Assembly: GCA_964505145.1 (NCBI GenBank)
Contig: CAZDHJ010000013.1
Coordinates: forward strand, 50,662-89,774
Direction: 5' to 3'
From: an uncultured Nannocystaceae bacterium
GTDB lineage: Bacteria > Myxococcota_A > Polyangia > Nannocystales > Nannocystaceae
DNA length: 39,113 nucleotides
Below the pieces are notes generated by a model, which was given only the letters and a program-made list of their open reading frames with translations, ran no database searches and had not been told where the DNA came from. A program made the position numbers and the translations under genes. This document shows positions 1 to 8,544 of the stretch, in pieces; within the stretch, counting starts at the first letter, position 1; each line of letters opens with the position of its first letter.

Positions 1-1
1 C

Positions 2-55
2 GGCACGTGCGACCCGGGGCTGGCGTGCGTGTCGCAGACGTGCGTGATGCCGTGA
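2..55 (+). CDS. 3' end of an upstream CDS, partial. Cysteine-rich C-terminus (GTCDPGLACVSQTCVMP*).
   Basis: Frame +2 reads to a TGA at 53-55 with GC3 near 100%. No start codon in the window. The spaced Cys residues resemble secreted myxobacterial Cys-rich proteins. Confidence 0.3.
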   Translation, partial: GTCDPGLACVSQTCVMP

Positions 56-267
56 CTCTCTCGCAACCGCTCGACGCGTTCGCTCGCGGAGTGAACTGCA
101 CGGACGCGATCGGATGGCCACGATGCCGCGTCATCGCGACCGCAGAGCGCACCCGCGCGCACCGACTCGCGGTGGCGCCGTGAGATTTGCGCGGCGCCAA
201 CCGGAAGAACCTCGTTGACGGATCTACAATCGCCAGACATGGTGCCAATGCGATTGTGGAGGCGTAT

Positions 268-453
268 CGGATGACGCTCGGCGGCGATGAGAGGACGAGA
301 TTCCTCGTCGTCTCGGCGCTGATGCTGCCGGCGATGATGTCCTGCGCCGGTGAACCCGTTGCGCGAGAGCGGATCACCCTCGCCGCCGCGCACAGCGAAT
401 CCATCGCCGTCGACCTGACGGGCATCCCAATCCGGACGACGCAAACGGCGTGA
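268..453 (+). CDS. Small hypothetical protein of 61 aa, possibly secreted or a lipoprotein.
   Basis: ATG at 268 lies within the track ORF 187..453. GC3 is high, about 80%. The N-terminus RTRFLVVSALMLPAMMSCAG looks like a signal peptide. The lower-GC stretch upstream (181-260) looks intergenic. Confidence 0.3.
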   Translation, partial: RMTLGGDERTRFLVVSALMLPAMMSCAGEPVARERITLAAAHSESIAVDLTGIPIRTTQTA

Positions 454-471
454 ACCACCCGGACCCCTGAT

Positions 472-1593
472 ATGTCCTGCACCGAGGTGAGAAACGGCAA
501 TCGCCCACATCGGGCGCATCGGTGTGTTCTGCTGGCAGCTTTCCTCGCTGGCTGCGGCAGCCGAGGGGGGGCTGCAGGCGAATCGGGGCCTGAGGGCACG
601 AGCGCCGCCTACGCGTCCAGTACGACAACAGGCGATGCTGACGGTCCCGCAAGCAGCAGCGCGACTGCCGATCCGACTTCAGGAAGTGCAACCTCGAGCG
701 GGTCGCTTTCCACGACGAGTGAGTCCGCGGGCACGTCCCCGGCCGATACTCCCACGAGCGCCTGCGATCCATACCAGGAGACTGTTCAGTCGCTCTGGGT
801 ATACTCGCAGCAGGATGTCGATGGCGCCGAGGGCGTTCAGTGCGTAGTCGGAGAGACCGTCGTGTGGGCTGGGCAACGCGTACCCGTGACGGACTTGGCG
901 CCGTTGGCGGACCTTCATGCAATCGGTGGCTCGCTTTCGGTACATCAGCTCGGAGAACCGGACCTCCATGGCCTCGACGCATTGGAAAGAATCGGCGGAA
1001 GTCTGGTACTCGGAGCTGAAGTGGTCGACGGCGTGGGCTGCTCGCCGAACCCCGGGCTCGTCACGCTAGAAGGCCTCGACGCGCTCTCGAGCCTTCGAAG
1101 TTTGGAGGTTTGCGGCCTCGATGCCCGCGGCCAGGCCGTCGCACCACTGCAGTCGATCGCAGCCCTCGACGCGGCGCTCGACGGCGAACTCGAACGGGTC
1201 TCGCTGCGCTACCTACCCGCGCTAGCCTCGATCGACGCGCTCAGCGGGGTCACGCACCTCGATGGACTGGTACTGATCGACCTGCCGCAGGTCACCGACC
1301 TTGCCCCGCTCGGCGAGCTGGGCGGGATGATCTCCATGACGATGTGGCGGACCGGCGTCGCCGACTTGCACGGGCTGGAGTCCGTCATTGCACTCGACGA
1401 CCGCCTCGACATCAGCGGCAACGATCAGCTCGTCACGCTCGATGGCCTCGATGCGCTCGCCTCCGTCGGTGCGCTCTACATCACCAACAACGCGATGCTA
1501 CCGCAGACCGAGGCCGAGGCCTTCGCGGCCACCATCGATGTCGCCGCGGAGGTCGTGATCTGCGGCAACCTCGATGGCGAGCCCTGCGCGTGA
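472..1593 (+). CDS. Lipoprotein with leucine-rich repeats resembling a receptor L-domain.
   Basis: Signal peptide with lipobox LLAAFLAG-C. A Ser/Thr/Gly-rich linker follows. Repeats such as LxxLxxIGGSLxV, LExIGGSLVL, LDISGND and LYITNN are typical of receptor L-domain/LRR folds. Coding-like GC3. Confidence 0.6.
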   Translation: MSCTEVRNGNRPHRAHRCVLLAAFLAGCGSRGGAAGESGPEGTSAAYASSTTTGDADGPASSSATADPTSGSATSSGSLSTTSESAGTSPADTPTSACDPYQETVQSLWVYSQQDVDGAEGVQCVVGETVVWAGQRVPVTDLAPLADLHAIGGSLSVHQLGEPDLHGLDALERIGGSLVLGAEVVDGVGCSPNPGLVTLEGLDALSSLRSLEVCGLDARGQAVAPLQSIAALDAALDGELERVSLRYLPALASIDALSGVTHLDGLVLIDLPQVTDLAPLGELGGMISMTMWRTGVADLHGLESVIALDDRLDISGNDQLVTLDGLDALASVGALYITNNAMLPQTEAEAFAATIDVAAEVVICGNLDGEPCA

Positions 1594-1656
1594 GGCCTGG
1601 GCCGCCGTGCCGTGCGTGGCGTCCGCCGTGATCGACTCCGCCGGCGCGGCGCGCGA

Positions 1657-2565
1657 TCACGGCGGCGGTGCAGCCGGCGGCTCCGCCTTCGCTGGCGCGC
1701 CGGCCGGAGCCACCTCTGCGCCGCCGGTTGGCTTCGCGAACTTGCTCGCATCCACCGGCACGTCGATCTCCACCACCGTCAGGGTCTGCGTGGCCTTGGC
1801 GATGCCGATGTCCATGACCTGCTTGTACGGCATCTTGAAGCCCTGCACCTCGCGGTAGTCCTGCAGCTCGACCGTCACCGGCGTCTCGCCCATGGGCGTC
1901 TGCTGCTTGAACTGATGCGCGACCTGCAGGCCGCTGTCGGCGTCGAAGGACAGCGTGACGGTCGCGCCGCTCTTCGCGGTGAGCTCGACGTCGTAGACCG
2001 GCTTGCCGCCGAGCTCGCGCTTGCCGACCGTGCGCGCGGCGGTGAAGTAGCGCTGCCACTGCGCCGGCAGCGACGGGCTCGAGGCCCACGCCTGCTGCTC
2101 GGCCTCGATGCCGGTGAGCGTGCGCAGGCCGCTGACGGGATCGTCGGCCCAGATCACGTCGCCCTGCTTGCCCGCACGCACGGTGCCGACGCCGACCATG
2201 GTCTGCTCGCTGTAGAAGTCGCCGGCCTTCCACCACAGCTTCATGTCGCCGCCGATGTTCTGCGACAGCACCGAGACGGTGCCCTCGAGGTGCAGGCTCT
2301 GCAGCTGCTCGATCTTGTCCTTGCCGCCCTGCGCGACGGTGGCCTTGTCGAGCAGCGACTCGGCGCTGGGCAGATCCGACGACGGCGCGGCCTTGGCTGC
2401 CGGGTCGCCGGCCTTGCCCTCGCCCGACTTCGTCTCGCCCTTGGCGGTCGCAGACTTGCCGTCCGCGGTCGTGCCCTCGTCTTTCTTCTCGTCGCACGCG
2501 ACCGGCGCGAGCAGCAGCACGAGGGACAGACACAGCCGGGGGTGGACGCGGCGCGGACGGTTCAC
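1657..2565 (-). CDS. Hypothetical lipoprotein of 302 aa.
   Basis: GTG start at 2565 with a GGAG Shine-Dalgarno about 8 nt upstream. Lipobox LLLAPVA-C followed by a Lys/Glu-rich linker. The start overlaps the stop of the upstream S41 gene by 4 nt (GTGA). Only the C-terminal 302 aa of track ORF 1657..3852 is sensible protein. Confidence 0.7.
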   Translation of the reverse strand: MNRPRRVHPRLCLSLVLLLAPVACDEKKDEGTTADGKSATAKGETKSGEGKAGDPAAKAAPSSDLPSAESLLDKATVAQGGKDKIEQLQSLHLEGTVSVLSQNIGGDMKLWWKAGDFYSEQTMVGVGTVRAGKQGDVIWADDPVSGLRTLTGIEAEQQAWASSPSLPAQWQRYFTAARTVGKRELGGKPVYDVELTAKSGATVTLSFDADSGLQVAHQFKQQTPMGETPVTVELQDYREVQGFKMPYKQVMDIGIAKATQTLTVVEIDVPVDASKFAKPTGGAEVAPAGAPAKAEPPAAPPP

Positions 2566-3998
2566 GGTGGCGCTCCTGGGGCTCGGGGATCGGTCGGCGC
2601 GGTGGGGCCCGCGTTGCCCAGGGCCGCGACCGCGGCCTCGAGCACCGGATCGTGCCCGCCCACGAAGGACTCGCGGGTCTCGGGCACGAGCACGTCGGGC
2701 ACCACACCGACCCCCTCGACCACGGTGCCCTCGGGCGAACGGTAGTCGCCCACGACATACTGCAAGATGGCGCCGCCGGGCAGCTCGTCGATCACCGACG
2801 GCAGCGCCGCGCCGGCCGAGGCGCGGCCGCCGAAGATCGTGACGCGCCCCAGGTCGCGCAGGCCCGCGGCGAAGATCTCCGACGTGCTCGCGGTGCCCTC
2901 GTCGACCAGGATCGCGACCTTGCCGGTGAAGCCCAGCGGGTTGCCCTCGACGTTGAACTCCTGCTTGAAGTCGCGAAACTGCAGCGTGCCCAGGCTGCCG
3001 GGTTGCGACAGCAGCATGCGCGCGACCGGCACGCTCATGGCCCCGACACCGCCGGGGTTGCCCCGCAGATCGAGCACCAGCGCGGTCATGCCGGCGTTGC
3101 GCAGCTCGGCCATGCCGGCCTCGACGCGCTTGACCATCGGCAGCATCCACACGTTGAACGCGAGGTAGCCGACGGTGGTGCCCGGCATCATCCGCCACGT
3201 CACGCGCGTGGGGATGTTCTCGAGGTTGCCCAGGGTCACGCGCTCGCCCTCGGGCTCGGCGCACTGCAGCATGCGGATCACCTGGTGGCCGTCGGGCCCG
3301 GCCAGCTTGACCTTCTTCGACTGGCCCGCGCGCGCGCACGACAGCCGCGCCGAGGCCACGCGCCCCAGCTCGAACGCCAGCTCGCTGGGCCGCTGGCTGC
3401 GCGCACGCAGGCGCGCGATGGCCTCGTCGAAGTCGCGGTCGTCGACCGCGAGCAGGGTCGCGCCGGGCTCGACCGTGCCCAGGTGCCCGCCGGCGTGGCT
3501 GTCGACCACGACCAGCCGCTCGTCGATCCAGCGCACCGACAACGGCGGCTCGGCCGAGCCCTCGCGGCGCTCCTCGTCCTGCCCGCCGCCGCCGGGTGGG
3601 AACAGCCGAAAGTGGCTCTGGCCCAGCTCGCCGAGCATCTCGTTGATGATCGCGTAGCCGCGATCGGCCTGCTCGATCCCGACGAGCTTCTGCGCGTAGC
3701 GCAGCCGCAGCGCGGGCCAGTCCTTGCAGCCCAACGTCGGGTCGTAGTGCTTCTGCAGCACCCGCAGCCACACCTGCTGCAGCGTGTCGGCGTAGCGGCT
3801 GGCGGGCAACGCCGGCAGGCTCGCGGGATCGAGCGTGCCGTAGTCGACGCACGCCGGCGTGGGCTTTTCGCTGGGCGTAGGCTCGGGCGCGCGCTCGGGC
3901 GTGACCGCGGTCGACGAGGGCGTGGGCGCAGCCTCACCGCAGCCCAGCGCGAGCGCGAACACGGCGGCCGGGCAGCCGCGACCGCAGGTGTGCATCAT
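2562..3998 (-). CDS. Peptidase S41 family (C-terminal processing / tail-specific protease-like) lipoprotein.
   Basis: Begins MMHTCGRGCPAAVFALALG-C, a lipobox. S41 motifs are present: LRGNPGG, DEGTASTSEIFA, and IFGG after the Ser. It is the real 3' portion of track ORF 2562..4643. 4-nt overlaps with the Crp gene upstream (ATGA) and the lipoprotein downstream. Confidence 0.8.
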   Translation of the reverse strand: MMHTCGRGCPAAVFALALGCGEAAPTPSSTAVTPERAPEPTPSEKPTPACVDYGTLDPASLPALPASRYADTLQQVWLRVLQKHYDPTLGCKDWPALRLRYAQKLVGIEQADRGYAIINEMLGELGQSHFRLFPPGGGGQDEERREGSAEPPLSVRWIDERLVVVDSHAGGHLGTVEPGATLLAVDDRDFDEAIARLRARSQRPSELAFELGRVASARLSCARAGQSKKVKLAGPDGHQVIRMLQCAEPEGERVTLGNLENIPTRVTWRMMPGTTVGYLAFNVWMLPMVKRVEAGMAELRNAGMTALVLDLRGNPGGVGAMSVPVARMLLSQPGSLGTLQFRDFKQEFNVEGNPLGFTGKVAILVDEGTASTSEIFAAGLRDLGRVTIFGGRASAGAALPSVIDELPGGAILQYVVGDYRSPEGTVVEGVGVVPDVLVPETRESFVGGHDPVLEAAVAALGNAGPTAPTDPRAPGAPP

Positions 3999-4702
3999 TC
4001 GTAGGTGACGCGCTCGAGCGCGGCGAGATCCAGCACCACGATCTCCTGCCGGCTCAAGTTGAGGATGCCGTTGCGCTGCATGCGATTGAGCGCGCGCGAG
4101 ATCTCCTCGCGCACGGTGCCCAGTCGCGCCGCCACGGTGTTCATGTCGAGCTGACGCGGGATCACGGTCTGCTTGCCCGGCTCGGCGCCGTTGCGCACCG
4201 CGAGCGTGAAGAGGAACGACGCCAGCCGCCGCTCGACCGAGCGCAGCGACAGATCGAGCACGAGATCGATCAAACGGTTGGCGCGGAACGCCATGTGCCG
4301 CATCAGCGCGAACGCCAGCGCCTCGCTGCGCGCGGTCAGCTTCACGACCGCATCGGTCTCGAAGCGGTAGACCTCCGAGTCGGCCATCGCGAAGGCGCTC
4401 GCGGCACACTGCACGTCGCGCGGCAGGAAGCCCTCGCCGATCATCTTGCCGGGCTCGGCCAGGTACAGGATCTGCTCGCGGCCCTCGCTCGAGATCAGGC
4501 TCAGCTTGAACTCGCCCGACTTGACCAGGAACAACCCGGGGCCGGGCTCGCCGCGACGGAACAGCGAGCGCTTGCGCTTGACGTCGAGCAGCTCGGCGAT
4601 CTGGCACAGCTGGCCGAGCACGTCGTCGGGCACGCGGTCCCAACCTGCCCAGCGCTTGAGCATCTTCGAGACCAGCTCGGCGTCCCCGGCGTCGACTGCC
4701 AT
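3995..4702 (-). CDS. Crp/Fnr family transcriptional regulator (cNMP-binding domain plus C-terminal HTH).
   Basis: Track ORF 3995..4702 (235 aa) contains cNMP-binding-like motifs (FRRGEPGPGLFLVKSGEFKL, EGFLP). The C-terminal HTH reads TVIPRQLDMNTVAARLGTVREEISRALNRMQRNG. First gene of a three-gene overlapping operon. Confidence 0.85.
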   Translation of the reverse strand: MAVDAGDAELVSKMLKRWAGWDRVPDDVLGQLCQIAELLDVKRKRSLFRRGEPGPGLFLVKSGEFKLSLISSEGREQILYLAEPGKMIGEGFLPRDVQCAASAFAMADSEVYRFETDAVVKLTARSEALAFALMRHMAFRANRLIDLVLDLSLRSVERRLASFLFTLAVRNGAEPGKQTVIPRQLDMNTVAARLGTVREEISRALNRMQRNGILNLSRQEIVVLDLAALERVTYE

Positions 4703-4849
4703 GCCGCGCAGTGTAACTCCATGGGACCGCTCATGCGACTGTTCTCACGGCTCGGCTGCGCGCAAGGGGTCCGCGAGGCTCGTGTGCCGCGGGCCCGCCA
4801 CGCGCTCCGCGGCCTGCCGTCGCCGGCGTGGGGCCAGGCGTTCAGGGGT

Positions 4850-5194
4850 TCATGCGTCCTCGAAGCGACCCGCGCGGAAGAGCCCGCGCTTGCGGCCTGC
4901 CGGCGGGGACTCGGGCGCCAGCTGGCGCAGCCAGGTCCACGAGTAGATCCCGGCGTCGTGTCCGTCGCTGAAGCGGATCCCCAGCGCATACGCGCCCATC
5001 TCGTAGAGCCCCACCGCGGTGACGTCCGCGGCGGGTTCGTGGAACCGGACGACGTCGCCGTGCCCCTGGCACTGCGCGCACGGACACCAGCCGCGCAGAT
5101 ATGGGATCGGCAGCTCGCTCGTGGTGCCGTCGGCCCACGCGATCGCGAGCAGGTTCTCGCCTCTGTGGTGGGCGACATCGAGCGGCTGCGCCAT
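4850..5194 (-). CDS. DUF971 family protein (gamma-butyrobetaine hydroxylase-like N-terminal domain).
   Basis: 114 aa. LAIAWADGTTSELPIPYLRGWCPCAQC...YALGIRFSDGHDAGIYSW matches DUF971 architecture, including the CPCAxC motif. Confidence 0.7.
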   Translation of the reverse strand: MAQPLDVAHHRGENLLAIAWADGTTSELPIPYLRGWCPCAQCQGHGDVVRFHEPAADVTAVGLYEMGAYALGIRFSDGHDAGIYSWTWLRQLAPESPPAGRKRGLFRAGRFEDA

Positions 5195-5308
5195 GCGCCG
5201 CGAGCATACCGCGAGCCGTCGCGGCTGCCGCAGCGACGCCGGCAGCGCCGGTCGCGAGCGCGCCGCGGGGTTGCCGGGGCCGGCGCGACCGCGTCAAGCT
5301 CGGCCTCG

Positions 5309-5677
5309 ATGCTGCTGCTCCGCCGTCCTGCGTCGCTGCTGGTGACGCTCATGCTCGCGCTCGCGTGCCAGCGAGATCCGGCACAACCCGCCGAAGGTGG
5401 CGGTGAAGGCGGTGGCTCGACCGGCAACTTCGACGCGCAGCTCGAAGAAGCGTGCCGACCGTGGTGCATGCACAACCTCGACTGCAACCCCGGTGCGACC
5501 GACGTCGAGATGTGCACCGCGTCGTGCGTCGAGGTCGAGTCGCACTACGGGCAAAACTCGCAGGAGTGCCGCGACGCCGTGATCGCGTTCTACGACTGTC
5601 TCACGACCGTGGAGTGTGGCGGCGGGTCGATGTGCCAGGGGCAGAGCACGACCGTGCATGATCTGTGCGGCAACTGA
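5309..5677 (+). CDS. Small secreted cysteine-rich lipoprotein of 122 aa.
   Basis: ATG at 5309. Signal peptide with lipobox LMLALA-C. The mature part has about 10 Cys (CRPWCMHNLDCNP...CTASC...ECRDAV...CGGGSMC). It is the real C-terminal part of track ORF 4295..5677. Confidence 0.6.
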   Translation: MLLLRRPASLLVTLMLALACQRDPAQPAEGGGEGGGSTGNFDAQLEEACRPWCMHNLDCNPGATDVEMCTASCVEVESHYGQNSQECRDAVIAFYDCLTTVECGGGSMCQGQSTTVHDLCGN

Positions 5678-5680
5678 AGC

Positions 5681-5704
5681 GGGCACGGGCACGGGCACGG
5701 GCAC
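5681..5704. repeat. (GGGCAC)4 hexanucleotide microsatellite in a 3' UTR.
   Basis: Four perfect tandem GGGCAC units directly after the TGA at 5675-5677. Confidence 0.9.
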
Positions 5705-5707
5705 GGA

Positions 5708-5750
5708 GCAGGGTGTCCCGAAGAACGCTTCGCGTTCTTTCGCACCCTGC
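5708..5750. terminator. GC-rich nested hairpin between convergent genes, a candidate bidirectional intrinsic terminator.
   Basis: Outer arms GCAGGGTG (5708-5715) and CACCCTGC (5743-5750). Inner arms CGAAGAACGC and GCGTTCTT(T)CG around a TTC loop. It sits between the + gene ending at 5677 and the - gene whose stop is at 5750-5752. No U-tract, which is common in high-GC genomes. Confidence 0.5.
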
Positions 5751-6640
5751 TAGCTTCCCATCGCGCGCAGGACCCCGTCGAGGCGGTGGCACAGCTCGAC
5801 GGGGACCCACAGCGCGCGGCCGTGGGGGCCGCCGCGGAACGCCAGGCCGCAGCTCTCGAGCTCGGCACACGGCGTCGGACCGGGGGCCGCGTCGCCGACG
5901 GCGATCGCGAGCCGATCCTGCTGCAGCACCGCCTCGATGCCGCGCGCGTCGAGGCGATCGCGCACGAGCGCGCCGAGCAGCACCAGCGCGTCGCTCGACA
6001 GCGTCGCGACCAGGATGCCCAGCAGGTGGTCGTCGCGCAGCACCTGCTCGACCTCGAGCTCGACCGCGCCGCGCATCGTCGTCACGCCCATGCCGGTCGC
6101 GGCCATGCGCCGCGACAGCCCCAGCCGCCGCGCGATGGCGGACAGCGAGGCGTCGCCGGCCTGTTCGAGGCCCGCGCGCAGCGAGCGGGATCGCAGGGAC
6201 TCGTCGGTGCTCGGCGTCGACTCCTCGGGCGCGCGATCCGGCTGCACCAACGGCGCGGTCAGCTCGCGATCGTCGATGCGGATCGCGAGCTCGAACGCCC
6301 GCAGCCGCGCGCGCTCGTGGCCGACCAAGCCCGCGACCATCGCCCGCGTGACCGCGCGCAACGCCGCGACGCCGTCGTGCGCGGCGCGCTCGTCGACGCG
6401 ATCGGGCTCGGCGAGGTAGCGCGCCGTCACGGCATCGGCGTGGGCGAGCCGCGAGACCAGCTCGATCGGCCAGCGCGTGAACGGATGCCCGCTGGCGTGC
6501 AGCGCCCGCAGCAGCCGCGCGACCGAGCGACGCGTCGCCCGGACCTCGTCGTGCAGCGGCATCGGCTCGGCGTTGGGCTGCGGCTCACCGGCGATCAGGC
6601 GCAAGCGCGGGCTCGACTCGCTCTGCATGTCTGGCTGCAT
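5750..6640 (-). CDS. Hypothetical protein of 296 aa with an HTH-like segment.
   Basis: Start taken at ATG 6640 (MQPDMQSES...), 58 codons inside track ORF 5750..6811. The segment ASLSAIARRLGLSRRMAATGMGV is HTH-like. The + strand ORFs over the same DNA are R/Q/D-rich shadow frames. Confidence 0.45.
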   Translation of the reverse strand: MQPDMQSESSPRLRLIAGEPQPNAEPMPLHDEVRATRRSVARLLRALHASGHPFTRWPIELVSRLAHADAVTARYLAEPDRVDERAAHDGVAALRAVTRAMVAGLVGHERARLRAFELAIRIDDRELTAPLVQPDRAPEESTPSTDESLRSRSLRAGLEQAGDASLSAIARRLGLSRRMAATGMGVTTMRGAVELEVEQVLRDDHLLGILVATLSSDALVLLGALVRDRLDARGIEAVLQQDRLAIAVGDAAPGPTPCAELESCGLAFRGGPHGRALWVPVELCHRLDGVLRAMGS

Positions 6641-6727
6641 CGCTGTCCGAGGCCGCGGCCTTGAAGTCGGCGCGCGCACCGTCGGCCCCGATCCCGGCCG
6701 CTTCGCCGGAAACTTGGTCGGGCGCAG

Positions 6728-6739
6728 CCTACATGTAGG
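6728..6739. promoter_or_regulatory. Perfect 12-bp palindrome CCTACATGTAGG in a divergent intergenic region.
   Basis: Seen directly. It lies 9 nt upstream of ATG 6749 and about 90 nt upstream of the divergent gene start at 6640. It also supplies AGGA as a possible Shine-Dalgarno. Confidence 0.5.
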
Positions 6740-6748
6740 ATATGCACG

Positions 6749-7183
6749 ATGGAGCCCGAGAACCCGCAAAGCAGCGCTCCCCGGAGCTTTCGTGTGCGTC
6801 CGCTGCCGCATCCCGGCGGCCCCCCGTTCGATCGACGCAAGCGCCGGTCGAGCTCGGCTGCGGTCGCGATCGAGCTGGCGCTCACCAGCGCGGCCGCGCG
6901 GGCGCGACTGGACGCGATGATCGTGGTCGACGACGACGGCATGTTGGTCGCGCGCAGCCGCGGCCCGCTCGATCTGTCGATGCTGGCCGCGGTCACGCCC
7001 ATCGTGGGCCGGGGTCAGGCCATCCCGCGCATCAAGCGAGAGGGCCGGCAGCTCGACATGAGCGTCGAGACGATCGAGATCGCCGGTGACCGCTACTACG
7101 TCGCGGCGCTGGGCGGGCGCTACCTCGAGCGGCGTCGCGAGCTCGAAGACGGCGTGGCCGCGGCGCGGCGCATCTTGGCCTGA
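6749..7183 (+). CDS. Roadblock/LC7 (MglB-like) domain protein, putative.
   Basis: 144 aa. The core LDAMIVVDDDGMLVARSRGPLDLSMLAAVTPIVG...IEIAGDRYYVAALGGRYL resembles roadblock/LC7 regulatory domains. The N-terminal roughly 35 aa are low-complexity, so the true start may be internal. Confidence 0.4.
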   Translation: MEPENPQSSAPRSFRVRPLPHPGGPPFDRRKRRSSSAAVAIELALTSAAARARLDAMIVVDDDGMLVARSRGPLDLSMLAAVTPIVGRGQAIPRIKREGRQLDMSVETIEIAGDRYYVAALGGRYLERRRELEDGVAAARRILA

Positions 7184-7315
7184 GCGGCTGTCCGCGGATG
7201 CTGGCGGCCTCTGCTCGCGCCGGCGACCGCAAGGAGACGGACCGAGGCCGGCGAGGCCGTTGCGACTCGCGTCCTTCCCGTCGCCGCCGCGACGAGGGCG
7301 CGGACGATCGCGCGA

Positions 7316-8497
7316 TCACTCGAACGCGGCCAGCGCGGCGCGCAGGCCCGCATCGGTCTCGCCGGCGACCGGCACGATCGGATCGAGCGCGATCGCGACG
7401 TCTGGGGTCACGCCCGCGCCGTCGACCAGACGATCGTCGGGCGAGAAGTAGCGCGCGACGGTGAACGTCGCGACCGAGCCATCAGGCAGGCCCAGAACCT
7501 CCTGCACGGTGCCCTTGCCGTAGCTGCGCTCGCCGACGATGCGCGCGCGCTTGTGATCCTGCAGCGCGGCCGCGAGCAGCTCCGACGCCGACGCGCTGCG
7601 ACGGTCCTGCAGCACCACCAGCGGCGTGGTCACGTCGCTGCCCTGGCTGTGCGCGGCCTCCTCGCGCAGCAGGCGACCGCCGCGACCCCGGGTGCGCACC
7701 AGTACTCCCGTGGCCACGAACGCGTCGGCGACGACCAGGGCCTCGTGGACCTCGCCGCCAGGGTTGCCGCGCACGTCGAGGATGATGCCGGCGAGCTCGT
7801 GTCGCAGCGCGCGCCGACGCGCGGCGATCGCCGCGAGCACGGCCGCACCGCTCTCGGCCCCGAAGTGGCGCAGCACGACGTGCGCGAAGCTGCGGCCACG
7901 ATCGTCGCGGACGATCGCGGCTTCGACCATCTTGGCGCGGGGCTTGTCGAGCACCAACGCGACCTCGCGCGGGGCCGAGCCCTCGCCCGATTGCACGAGC
8001 AACGCGACCTCGTCGCCGACCGCCCCGGCGAGCAACACCTCGGCCTCGATCTGCGTCGCGATGCGATCGACGTCGCGCTCGCCGATGCGAACCACGCGAT
8101 CGCCCGGCGCGAGCCCGGCGCGGGCCGCCGGCGACGCGGGCGTGACCGCGAGGACCTCGAGCGCGGGCCCCTGCTGGGCGTCGTGCCGCAGCGCGACCGC
8201 GAGCCCGGTGCTGCCGGCGTGCGGTCGCTTCGTCAGCGCCTTGCGCTGGGCCGACGTGAGGAAATGACTGTGAGGGTCCAGCTGCGCGAGCATCGCGGAC
8301 AGCCCCGCGGCGAGCAGGGCCGGCTCGTCCACCGGCTCGACGTAGCGGTCCAACACCGCGTCCAGCGCCTGTTCGAAGCCGGAACGATCGAGCCGGGGCG
8401 CGGGCGCAGCGGCGGGTCCCGGCCCGAAGCTGGCCGTGAGCGCCAGCGTGACCGCGACCCCCAGAGCAAACCCACCGACCGCGCTGCGGGCCGTCAT
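7316..8497 (-). CDS. ctpA: Carboxyl-terminal processing protease, S41 family with PDZ domain.
   Basis: 393 aa. N-terminal signal peptide. PDZ region GLAPGDRVVRIGERDV. S41 motifs ILDVRGNPGG, SASASELLAAAL and GERSYGKGTVQ, covering the Ser/Lys catalytic dyad region. Confidence 0.85.
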   Translation of the reverse strand: MTARSAVGGFALGVAVTLALTASFGPGPAAAPAPRLDRSGFEQALDAVLDRYVEPVDEPALLAAGLSAMLAQLDPHSHFLTSAQRKALTKRPHAGSTGLAVALRHDAQQGPALEVLAVTPASPAARAGLAPGDRVVRIGERDVDRIATQIEAEVLLAGAVGDEVALLVQSGEGSAPREVALVLDKPRAKMVEAAIVRDDRGRSFAHVVLRHFGAESGAAVLAAIAARRRALRHELAGIILDVRGNPGGEVHEALVVADAFVATGVLVRTRGRGGRLLREEAAHSQGSDVTTPLVVLQDRRSASASELLAAALQDHKRARIVGERSYGKGTVQEVLGLPDGSVATFTVARYFSPDDRLVDGAGVTPDVAIALDPIVPVAGETDAGLRAALAAFE

Positions 8498-8544
8498 GAA
8501 CGGTCATCGTGTCGTATCCTCCGCGCGAGGTCAAAGCGCCCCCG

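Noticed and set aside
187-267. Possible sigma-70 promoter elements (TTGACG … TACAAT) in the lower-GC stretch
   Set aside because: The TTGACG and TACAAT hexamers are only about 4 nt apart, incompatible with the 17±1 spacing. No alternative pairing fits, so I made no promoter call.
1481-2758. 425-aa minus ORF, 1612..2745 + ORF and 2652..4004 + ORF
   Set aside because: Out-of-frame or antisense reads across the lipoprotein/S41 operon with extreme Arg/Gly/Ala content. The real genes are in other frames with a lipobox and S41 motifs.
5786-6664. 292-aa + strand ORF and 5665..6351 + ORF
   Set aside because: R/Q/D/A-rich translation antisense to the minus-strand hypothetical gene. The minus frame has higher GC3 and an HTH-like segment, and is still only moderately confident.
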